NCBI GenBank assembly: GCA_040954595.2
Contig: CM082584.2
Location: 12,244,875 to 12,308,874 of the forward strand
Origin: Balanoglossus misakiensis
Lineage: Eukaryota > Animalia > Hemichordata
Direction of reading: 5' to 3'
Length of the DNA stretch: 64,000 nt
Shown here piece after piece: positions 12,850 through 23,479 of the stretch. Both the position numbers and the translations under genes were made by a program. The notes beneath the pieces were generated by a model. The model was not told the origin of the DNA and did no database searches. It saw only the letters and a list, made by a program, of their open reading frames with translations. The number at the start of each line of letters is the position of its first letter. Within the stretch, counting starts at the first letter, position 1.

Positions 12850-14942
12850 ATGGCCGAAGGTGTGACGAACAACGGTGAGTATGAGAGAGACGTTAATTTC
12901 TCAGAGGGCGTGATATTGTTTTGACGCTTCTTTCAGTCACTCATCCCAAATACATTTCCCGAAGCAATATCCATGCCATTTATGTTGCATCATAGCATTT
13001 TTTCTTTTGTCACATATGCCATTTTCGCCAAGCATGAATTACTCAACTCACAAGCATTCTTCAAAAGGGGAAATACTGTTAAAATACAGAACTACAGTAT
13101 TATATGAAATTGTTGCCACGCCATCGCAAGTCATATTATACAGTGATGCAACTGAATGAAATATCTCACCAAAAGACGCGTTTTTCGGCATATTGTTCAA
13201 ATGGATTTGTTGTGTTCCTGTAAAACGTTTACTGTTTACTCCAAGAATTTTATCAGAACCATAAATTATAAAATGTTCAAAACAGCAACATCCGGGTCGG
13301 CTACACAGGTGGCTGGATAACAGGATCCGGGAGAGTTAAATATTAAATGAACATTTGCATACACGGGAACATATGATGACTAGTGGCGAAAGTATGCAAC
13401 TCGTATACATCAGCACTTGCTTTGTACGTGAAATTCAATAGCAATTGCAAGAAAGGAACCTCATCCTCGCCAAATTGTATTTACATATTAACTTGTCGCT
13501 ACTGTTGTGAAATTTTCCAAACCCATCGCAATTTTGATCCATTGCAATTAAAATACTTTTTTTCTGTGAAATTTTGAAATTGAACTGCTGAATGAACGGG
13601 AAGGGATTTTTCCTTGTCCATTTGAATATTAATTTTTCATTTTTACACCTTTTATGCCCCAACAGTATACACACTCGAAGGAGGGGACCAAGAAACGATC
13701 GGCTCTCCCCCGCCATATCCAGGAACCCCTAACAACTTCACACGCAAAATGCCGCCAGAAGATCAAGCAAGCGAACAACATCAACAACACCCGCACCAGA
13801 CAGACACATCAATGAACGAAAAGATGGGCCCACCGCCAACTTTCGTGGCTGTTCCAACGTCTATGAGCCAGGGGTCGGTCTACTACGGGGTGAGTTTATA
13901 TCTCTGTGTCGGTCTGCCAACCATCGCCAGCCAGTCAGTTAGTTATTTTAGATAATAACATTCATGAAGATCATGTGTTGCTGGACATGTGGTATTGACT
14001 CATCGTGGCGACGCTGTTAAGGATAGATGGCGTGTGGGTTATTTTGGAAATGCGCATCCGTGTTCAACAATCAAATAAACTTAAGGATGTCCGGTTTTTT
14101 TGCACGTAATTTATTTTACTACATAACCTAATAATTCCTTAACAGCGCGAACAAATCTGCATTGCTCAGTGTAATTATGTCGGTGTCACATAATTGCCTA
14201 AGTATATCATGTAATATCCAAATTCGCGTTTGCAGTCCGATCCCAATTAACGAATTGTATTTTCACTTTATGACCGAGCCAGCCACCCCAAGGCCAACAG
14301 TATCCAGCTACTGGAAATGCTCTTGACAACTCAGCAGTTCCTGTGAAGAAAGCCAAGCCGACATGTGGTGACATCACCGGTCTGGTGTTGGCAGTCGTGG
14401 CCTGTTTCCTCTTCTTCCCGCTTGGTATTCCAGCTCTGGTCTTGTCCTGCCTGGTAAGCATTGCTCTTAAATCCTTAAATAATGGACTCATATTTAGTGA
14501 AATTTATGCCAAAAGTTTTAAATGACAAAGCAATATCAGTATTAAAGTTTTTAAATAAGTGTGTTGAAGATGACTGGATTTCTTCGATTTCCTCTTTTCT
14601 CTTCAAAACGTTCAGGCCATCCGGCACAGGAGAAACCGCACCGTCACGAAAGCGAAAAAATACACCAAGATTTCGATCATTCTGTCGGTCATCGGCATCT
14701 GTTTGTTCGTCGTTATAATCGCCGTCTCCTTATCCGTCTCTGGCGGTGAGGGCGATAGTGACGACACCACCGAAGGCAGTGGTGGATTTGAATTGACAAC
14801 GGATGTCGACTCGAGAGACTTTGATCCGCCGGATACCAATAATGACAACGCTGCCCTCGAAGATACCGCTGACATCCAGGCCCTCAGTGGCCGTGATGCG
14901 CGAGAAATTCAAGATGACGATTGCCCCGGATGTCGAAAGTGA
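12850..14942 (+). CDS. CD225/dispanin family protein, copy 4, with acidic C-terminal tail (about 248 aa); closest paralog of copy 3
   Basis: Exons 12850-12874, 13666-13889, 14283-14453, 14616-14942 (phases 1,0,0). PPPY motif; KKAKPTCGDITGLVLAVVACFLFFPLGIPALVLS; KYTKISIILS shared with copy 3; tail ends DDDCPGCRK. Confidence 0.87.
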
Positions 14943-15685
14943 TTTCTATCATTCCAGACTGAGTTCAAAACTGTGAAGTAAAGACCTAGAACATTTACAT
15001 CGCATGCGCAAACGGATTGGATTCGTTTTAGTTTCACTTTCAGATACGTATTTATTCAGAGATTCGCATGCCGCGTGCTTCGATCATATAAATGAAAACA
15101 GCAGGCCTACGCCCAAGACTTGAGGTCTTAAGAATTTAGGGCGTGTTTGGTCAATAACACAATGTTTCGCTAAAGAATTCCCAAGTCTTGCTTCGCTAAA
15201 TAATACACCGTCATAAAGTTTATTTATGATTCATGAAACGATTTCGAAATTGTGATTTCCCGAAGATTTCGGTTTCGACAACTTTCAAAATTTACATATT
15301 TCTCTGAGGGAAAATTGGTGATCTAGTACCGCATGAAAGGAACGTTTAACTTACAATTTTTTACAAGATTAACAGCATCGGGAGTTCGTTGAACCTTTCC
15401 TGTGTTGCTATTCTTGAGAGTTTTGAGTTCTAGTGATGTATTTTTAGGGTTGCCATCTATTGTCTTTTATGTTTTGTATATAGACTGCCATAAATAGTTT
15501 GTTTAATGACTGGGAAATATAAATACACAATAAATACATTGTAAATACAGCAATCTAGTCCCTACAATGTACATCTGTCTCAAATAATTTTGCTTTGTTC
15601 TCCCAAAGTTGGCGGGTCAAACCAGCGTGGTCTATTGTCTTTAGGGGCATTGTATTCACACCTGGTATTTGAAAGAAATATTTTC

Positions 15686-17332
15686 TCAGCTTGAACCTGA
15701 AATAAAAAAAGTTTTCATCAATCATTTCATTTTATTTAGATTAATTTAAATCATAGTACCATAGTGAGAAAAAATCTTCTTTACATACATTCTCAAAACA
15801 TAACGATACAAAATTGATGATTGCAATTAATAGTACACATTACCTGTGTTTAATGATGTCGTAATGGTGCACTCGTGAATTTCAGGGACTATCTCATTCC
15901 CTTGACAGCAACATCTGGGCCAGCCATACACCAACAAATAGACTAAGATACACAATAGCAGACAGATGCAGGTAACGAAAACCCTGTAAAGCAAGCATTT
16001 TCGAATTATCTGAAAGTCGCCGGAGATAAATGGTCCACCACGTGCTCAAAACAACATGTTTCAAACTGAAAACTGTAGACTTCAAGTTCATTGTACGTCA
16101 CTCACCAAAGCCACCAAATTTTCTGCCCTTCAACTGAAGTGAGGCAGCAACCGCTGGGGCAACAGTAATAGCGAAGTGGACAACTGTGTAAGGAAAAGCA
16201 TATCAAAAAATAAAATGCGCAAAATCTTAGTATCTCCTTCCCATTGGTGAAGATGTCAAATACCGCCCTCGATTTCCAGATCATAAAATTCTTTTGATTC
16301 ACACGTGTAGACGTGCTGCTATGCTCTCAAGAACCCTTGTTAGTCTTGTAGACACATGTGACCATATATCAATGTATTCTTCTTGGTTAGTGATGGCATT
16401 TGTCTGTGTCAAAAGCGAAGCCTGTTTGAAAATATCTATGTTATTTTTGCGGCGTAATGTTTTCTAAACTTAATCGGTCACAAGTCGGCGCTTAGGTCTT
16501 TTCTGTCGCATATCGATAACATCGGAAAGGCAAGCGTAACATGTTAAGAAACCTGAAGCGCTGACCTTAGGGCGAGAACGGCCTAAACCCGACACGTAGT
16601 AGTGAGGATAAACTTTCAAGAGTCCGTAGAGTGAGCGGGTCATCGCCATGCGTACGTATTATCTGCCCCCAATTTTGACATGATACTTTGAATGTGATAA
16701 TCTTAGCCCGTTGTCATAAAACAAAGTAAACCAAAGACGGATACATACCCACAATTCGGCTTGCCTTGAACCTGATACAAGATAATATAAAAGTTCGTCT
16801 TATTGAACTACAAAGCTGCAGTTGGTTGATAAAATGTTCACGTCGGCAACGATCCAAAACTAAGAGATCTACGATTCGAAGTTGTTCTTCAGGCGTGACG
16901 TGAAAGAAAGCGCAACCATCATTTCAGTTTGCAATAAAAACATGCGTTGACTTGTTGTCATAATGGCCAATTTCGCAGTATCATATACGAAAAAATTAGC
17001 TATCAGTGACTCTGTTCTGTGAAAGGCGCGATGAAATTAAATTGGTTCAAAATATTCAAAAGGATGTAGAAAAAACTCATGTAGAAATAGCCTTTATGTG
17101 ATTATTTTCGACATTAATGGACCTCGATTTCTACAGACGATTCAATAGTGAGGACCATCTGTCTCAGACGTACTGTAAAATGCTTTAATGGCCATCTCGA
17201 ATTGCCGCGTAATAAGTGCGCCACATAAAACATATCAAAAACGCATATCTGACCCACCTCACTTTTCATGAACAGAATCACGGACAAAATCATCTGGACC
17301 CATCTTGAAATGAAAACAGTTGTCGTCATCAT
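15686..17332 (-). CDS. VOPP1/WBP1-like (Shisa-like) Cys-rich single-pass membrane protein; exon 2 unresolved, possibly degenerate
   Basis: Minus-strand exon 16183-16106 (CPLRYYCCPSGCCLTSVEGQKIWWLW) splices in phase to 15983-15844 (VFVTCICLLLCILVYLLVYGWPRCCCQG...), matching the C-x4-CC-x3-CC...W-x-x-W-TM layout of VOPP1/WBP1. Candidate signal-peptide exon 17332-17258; candidate short last exon 15696-15686. The exon near 16420-16360 has no strong in-frame donor. Confidence 0.6.
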
Positions 17333-18666
17333 GCTCTTGTCAAAGATTTTAATCCCCGCGTCGAAGAGACTTTCTTCCCTTGTGATTCACACATGATGAT
17401 CGATACAGCAACTGCAGTGACAACAATTTAACCTCTCAAGGGTCATCCGTCTATCTTAAAGATCGGACTTCATTATTTCTGTCTGTCTTAGCTCAAGAAG
17501 AGCAGTGCAGACACTAGGGCACGATAGAAAGTAGCCGCATTATTGTAGCCGTACATCATCGTGTTTTTTCTTATATTTTCTTCAATAATCAAGGAGGTCG
17601 AATGTCATTCATGCGATCTTGCACGAAAAACAGGTAATGACAAGCTGTAAGCAAAACGTTCCTTTTCGGTTCCCAACACTGGCGGCGCATGACCCTCAAT
17701 CTCTGACATAGATTGAAGTGTGAATTGTTGATCCGCAACTCCGTGGCCAACGGCAATTTTGTATAATTGTTGTAGGAGGCGAACATGGAAATTTCACATC
17801 GAGACTTGTTTATTAGCCATTTTTATTTTCAAAGATAACGAAAAATACAATTTTTCAATAACAATCGTGTGCACTAATAACATTGTTAAACACTTCCCGC
17901 ATCAGTATATCTTGCGGCGTCTTCCTCTTTACGAATACGACAAAACATTTTCCAGAATGAGACAAGTTGTTACACGAAATATATCGAGACGGGAATTGAA
18001 TTCTGTTGATATAAGTTGAGTTGGGTTGGGTTGGGTTGAACTAGATTATATGTATATTGATGTGGCTTGTCTGGGGTAGATTGATCGAAGCAGAAAATCA
18101 ATCATCTGTCAAAAATGATAAATGCTCTGCAGAAACCGAATACGTATACTCCTCTATTGAGAACACTTGACCTCTTGCATACAGGTTTAGCAATAACATG
18201 TTTCTGATTAAATATTATTACTTTATAATCAAACGCATTTCAAACTTTTAAAGCTTAATACGTTCGATTATGCCTTCACAATGTCTTCATTCTTTATTCA
18301 GCGGATTTCATGTCCGGGTCGGTCAACTTCAAATGAGGAAATCAATGCAATATTTACGAAGTGGACATGCAAAAATAATGGAATTTGACGTTGCACACTT
18401 AAAATACGCGTATTCATACTAAACACGCAATCGCTCATTTTGTATGTACCGCGACAATAAAACACAAACAGGGTTGTTTGATGCATTTTTCTCAGTTTGT
18501 CATCGTCGGTCGTAAACCACCAGACAATCAAGCCAGTGTGACTTCATGCAATATGTCACCCCCCCCCCCCTTCCGTGCTGGCAAAGTTCCCAATGTGCTA
18601 CCAGCTCTGACATTACTATTAATCACTGGTGCTTATAATCCCATATACATACCCGAGTGAATTACT

Positions 18667-20337
18667 TTACTTTTCACCACCAGTATATACCATGGCAGCG
18701 GCAACAATAGAAGAAATGATCAGTCTGTTGTGGAAAATACGTAAAAAAACACCAAACGTTTTAATCTGTCATTTACGTATCAAAGTATAAGCACGCGCGC
18801 GCATAAACACACATATACTTTCATACACGCATACATACACATACATACACACACATGCACACACACACACACACACACACGCACACACGCACACACACAC
18901 GCGCGCGCGCGCGCGCACACACACACACACACACAAGGTCAGTCAGACCATGCAGAATACTGTAAATATACTTACGTAGGCCAGGGGTATAAACTTCGAC
19001 CACCTGTGGAACCCGACCGACAACACCCGGCAGGAGCATCGCAGCAATGATATCCCTCACAACAGCAGGTGTCGTCAGCGCAACATTCAAATGACCCACA
19101 GCAGTCGTCAACAACAACAGTCGAGCAACAGGTATGTGTAGCAGGAGAACAATGACCTTCTTCGAGACAGCACATGGAACCTCCACAGCACTCAGTTCCC
19201 GTACAACAGCATGCTGTGGAGTCTTCCACGCAACACGAAAATCCGCCCTGGCAACAGTTGCCGAAAATGTCGCAACAGGAGTCCACACCATAACGACAGC
19301 CACTTAACACAGATAAAGAGATCAAACCAACATCATATGCAAATTAACAGCTAATATGCAGATGAACAACTATTATGCAGATGTACACACTTTTATGATC
19401 TGTTTTACTCCATGTTTGACAACGCTAATCTGTCCAGTTTTGTGGGCTCTATGTCCTATTATGTCAAATGTGTCGTGTCAGTGGTCACCAACCAAACGTT
19501 CATCCATCCGAGACTATGCAGGGAAGAATATACAATAGGCCAACATACCTTGCCGAACGCGAACTGGAAGAATTTGCTCCAAATGATCTCCCGTCTGGAA
19601 GCTGTTAAAACAAGGAAATAACTCAACATTATTGAATATCGTTATAAATACGTAGACGTATTTCGGACTGGGCTTTTCACCACAGTAGTTATAACTACGT
19701 GCACAGGATTTGTTAACAGACTCATTGGCTTGAGTTTCGGGTCAAAACACCTGACAAGCTATTAAAAGTAATGAATACTATTGCACAGTTTTGTTGTTGA
19801 CAACAGTTTCTCGACGTGACAACACTAAGGCACGTACGGCCGCCCTTTTCTACCAGCCTGCCATAATTGAGTTCGTCTAGTGGACCTTGTCAGAAAAGTT
19901 TAACCCATGGAGAGTTTGTGATCTTGTAGTGCGATTTTGAAGATTTCTTTTGTATCCGATTAAATAGTCAAACATTTATAGCTAGCTGGACGTCAAGTTC
20001 TTGAGAAAACTTGTAGAATTATACTTGTGACGCAGTTCATCAAATAAGTTATATTGTTTTTTTTTCGTGTAGATTTCTGTGCATATACTTCTCTAAGTCA
20101 AAGCTTCATATAAATGTACTTAATTTCACATTTGACAGTGCGAAATATGCAGCAATGGCCCTGACTTTAAGCCAAGACACTAACATGCGATACAGTAACT
20201 ACATGTATAAGAAGTGGGCTCTCCGCACATAGTAGGCAACACAAGATTATACTAACCAGCGGTATCAACACCTGCATCCGAACTTGTTGAAACTGGACAC
20301 CGAGAATGACCAAAAGTACAGTTATCTTCATCTTCAT
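18667..20337 (-). CDS. Small Cys-rich protein (about 172 aa): signal peptide, two tandem 14-Cys modules, hydrophobic C-terminus (GPI-signal- or TM-like)
   Basis: Phase-consistent exons 20337-20257 (MKMKITVLLVILGVQFQQVRMQVLIPL), 19601-19549 (LPDGRSFGANSSSSRSAS), 19302-18976 (28 Cys), 18724-18667 (LIISSIVAAAMVYTGGEK*). All introns GT-AG. The first exon is the least certain. Confidence 0.78.
18790..18934. repeat. Compound (CA)n/(CG)n microsatellite in the last intron of the Cys-rich gene
   Basis: acacacac...gcgcgcgcgcgcgcgc...acacac visible directly. Confidence 0.95.
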
Positions 20338-21594
20338 AATGAATGCGTTGACTGCAGCAATTATTGAGACGTTTGGTCGAGAAGTGAAGATCCGGGTTGA
20401 AGAAAGTCGAAACAGACCAGTCACGTGACGCATGCGACACGGGGCAGCTCACTTTGGAAAGCGAAGGGGCGAAACTGATATAAATCAATTGATGAATCTG
20501 TGTGCAGTGGCATCCTGTCAAGTATACAAGTATACAGAATAATTTAAAGAATTTAAATAGCCTAAAGGCCATGCTAGCACAAGTCAACCCAATTTGAAGA
20601 AAAAATCGACACCAGCAAAGATGTGATAAATATCTTTATTCATAATGACAAACAACTGATGCAACACGTTATCTTAATAATATCACCCCTCAAGCTATTT
20701 GTAATAGTTTTCTTTTATCCAGAAACTTCTGTCAAATTAAAGAGACCACTTGTGTCACGAAGCAGGTGGTTACGATGTCTGAAATAACTGTAGGGCTGAC
20801 ATTTTTAAAATACCAGACAGACCAGTCACCGTGGACACCGAGAATGACCAAAATCACGCTGACACAAATGCTTGAGGTGGAACTGGCTTGGCCTACATGC
20901 GCAATTGCAACCAAATTCTTTTGTCTTTTTAGTTTCTCAGGGCCTTATGTATGATGTAACTCAAAAGGGTGCATATTCACTTGATCACTGAGGCAATACC
21001 ATGCCTACAGTAAACAAACTCTCTGGCGATTTACTGGCTATGTGTGCACCTTTGGCCGTCTATAACGAACGATGATAGTGTTACACCTGAGTAGCCATAG
21101 TATGAACACCCACGTATTTCACGACTGACTACAGTTGTCAACATAACTGTACTAGTCTGTGTGGTGGTACAAACATGACACACATGTAATTCAGTAAAGG
21201 CTTTTTAATGCTATCCATTCAAAAAAATGACAAGTTTCTTGTCAATGAATGTAATACAAAAACACCCCATGATGGGTGGTGACTGAGAAAAAATAACAAA
21301 AAATCATCTCCTTGACTTTAAAACTTCAACAAGTCATCAATGAATACAGTGCAAACGGTGTTGATAAAGTTATTTTTAGTTACTAGTGACTACAAATATA
21401 ACAAAATTGAGGAAAACGGTAGTAAACTATAAACTACAAAGACAATTGTTTGAACAAAAGTCATGAAACACAGTTAACATAATTTCTTCTATTTCTTACT
21501 ACAGTGAGATGTTGACCTTTTACCCAGAATGCAATTATCATGTGAGTTGACCCCCTAGCACAGAGTAAAACCTATTTAAGGCAGCCAGAATTAT

Positions 21595-23235
21595 TTAAAT
21601 ATGCCTGGCTTTGTAGTGTGCCCGTAAATTACTGGTATAGGCGGTGGCATAAGGGCATTTAACACATTTGTACTTCTTGTAAGAGCCGTGACGGGCAAGA
21701 ACATGACCACTGAGGCTATATTTGCTGCAGTACTTCCTGCCACACTGCCCACACCTGAATTTTTTCTTCTTCTTTGGCCGAGTGTCTTTCTCCACTTTGA
21801 CACTGCTGCTGTGACAGCTGGCAGCAGAGACATCCTTGCCATCTTTTGCGACGTGCGGACGCGTCTTCTGGATATGAGCTCCAAAAATCTGCCGACCTGT
21901 CTTCTCGTCGGGCGTTTCAGCGCTTCTTTCGACGTCATCATCTCCAGATGTGACACACTTCAACTTCAAAGGCTCACCACTACAGACCTTCCGCTTGTGT
22001 ACTATATTATGCTCCTCTTGCATGTGCTGTCTCAAAGATGATGAATCCATCATCATCTTTCCACAAAGGCGACATACTTGCATCTTCTCTGGAGCAGTAC
22101 CATTGATTTGTTTTTTCTTGTCACCTCTATTCACCATCACATGTTCAGTTTCCCCTTCACCAGGGTGTTTTGCAGCTACATGGGATTTCAGACGTCCTTT
22201 ATGCACATATGACATATTACAGAATTTGCATTTTAAGGTTTTCCTCTTTCCGGATCCTTTTTGCTCTTGACTGTCATCATCTTTGATCATAATATCTCCA
22301 GATTTTGGCCACGCTGTTTTCTTGGTCTTCCTTCCTTTCTTTGGAGGCAATGCTTTTGCTTCCATTCTTTGTTTAGTAGTAGCTGCGTTCATAGCACCAG
22401 GGATTTTGTAGTGCTCTGGGTGTTTATGCCTCATGTGATTGCGAAGACTGCCAGCATGACAACAGTGCTTCTGGCATACGGTGCAGATGTGGGGTGCACG
22501 GTTGTTTGCTCTCGCACGTGGCTTACCTCCAACCCTTTTCCCCAAGTCTGTATGTGCAGTGTGCACTTTCATGTGGCACATCAAGTTGCACTTGAAACTG
22601 AAAAGTCTGTTGCAATGCTGACATGCTAGTTTGTCCCTCAATTTCTGTCTCACTGATGGAAAGCTAGCCCCAGGGTGCAGAGATCTCATGTGTTTACCCA
22701 AAGTGAATGGACAGGTAAAGTACACACCACATAGTGAGCATGCAGGTCCTTGTTTATCAACAGGTTTCCCTTCCTGACCTCGGCCATTTATTGACTTGTC
22801 ATCACACCCATTCGTGCCAGCTTCTGCTTTGGTGATTTCAGTCAAACAGCTTGACTCTGAAGCCTTTGCCGACTTTCTCTCTGCTACATCCGATTCAGAG
22901 CTTGACAACCCACTACCTGTGGTGATATCAGTGCAGTTTTCAAAGCAGTCATCTTCTGTGGCACACACACTCGCCCAATTCTGCGTACCGAAATTACACT
23001 CAAAGTTTTCCATTTGCAAGTAGGTTTCACTTTCAGACATTGACTTGAAACAGCCGTGTGAGTGCAGCGCGCCTGCGTCGGGAAAACTTGTGGAGCACTT
23101 GTAGCACCGGTACATGCTGTCAATCTCAGGGTCAAAGTGCATGAGCCACTGATGAAGAGCACACTTGTGTCGCTCAGAAAATGCAACGCCACACTCATCA
23201 CAGATAAACAACTCGTTGCGTAACTCTTGGGCCAT
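21595..23235 (-). CDS. C2H2 zinc-finger protein, 546 aa, single coding exon, about 9 dispersed fingers
   Basis: Uninterrupted ORF with CxxC-x12-H-x3/4-H units (e.g. CQHCNRLFSFKCNLMCHMKVH, CVKCPYATAYTSNLRAHYKARH), one C2HC variant; ATG in ccaccATGg context. Confidence 0.93.
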   Translation of the reverse strand: MAQELRNELFICDECGVAFSERHKCALHQWLMHFDPEIDSMYRCYKCSTSFPDAGALHSHGCFKSMSESETYLQMENFECNFGTQNWASVCATEDDCFENCTDITTGSGLSSSESDVAERKSAKASESSCLTEITKAEAGTNGCDDKSINGRGQEGKPVDKQGPACSLCGVYFTCPFTLGKHMRSLHPGASFPSVRQKLRDKLACQHCNRLFSFKCNLMCHMKVHTAHTDLGKRVGGKPRARANNRAPHICTVCQKHCCHAGSLRNHMRHKHPEHYKIPGAMNAATTKQRMEAKALPPKKGRKTKKTAWPKSGDIMIKDDDSQEQKGSGKRKTLKCKFCNMSYVHKGRLKSHVAAKHPGEGETEHVMVNRGDKKKQINGTAPEKMQVCRLCGKMMMDSSSLRQHMQEEHNIVHKRKVCSGEPLKLKCVTSGDDDVERSAETPDEKTGRQIFGAHIQKTRPHVAKDGKDVSAASCHSSSVKVEKDTRPKKKKKFRCGQCGRKYCSKYSLSGHVLARHGSYKKYKCVKCPYATAYTSNLRAHYKARHI

Positions 23236-23479
23236 GGTGGAATGTTACTTGTATCTAAACATAAACACACAAAAAGTACCATGGTTATGACAATGTATTT
23301 TAGTTGCATGTCTCTCTGCTCTGGTTTTGTCATCTAATCACAAGCAAAACCTAGAGCTACTGAACTGCAGCTATCTCAGTCATTTGGTTCTTCATCTATC
23401 ATCAATGATATAAAACTTACAAAAATAACATCATACGTAATATTTTCGTCATGTGAACTAGTGTCACATGTTCAGTTGT

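Noticed and set aside
18821-19303. 160-aa minus-strand ORF ending in VCVCVC
   Set aside because: Alternative frame of the Cys-rich exon running into the (CA)n repeat.
18972-19325. Metallothionein or keratin-associated protein call for the Cys-rich exon
   Set aside because: The spliced model has a signal-like N-terminus and hydrophobic C-terminus, acidic rather than Lys-rich spacers, and CC-only spacing without CxC motifs.
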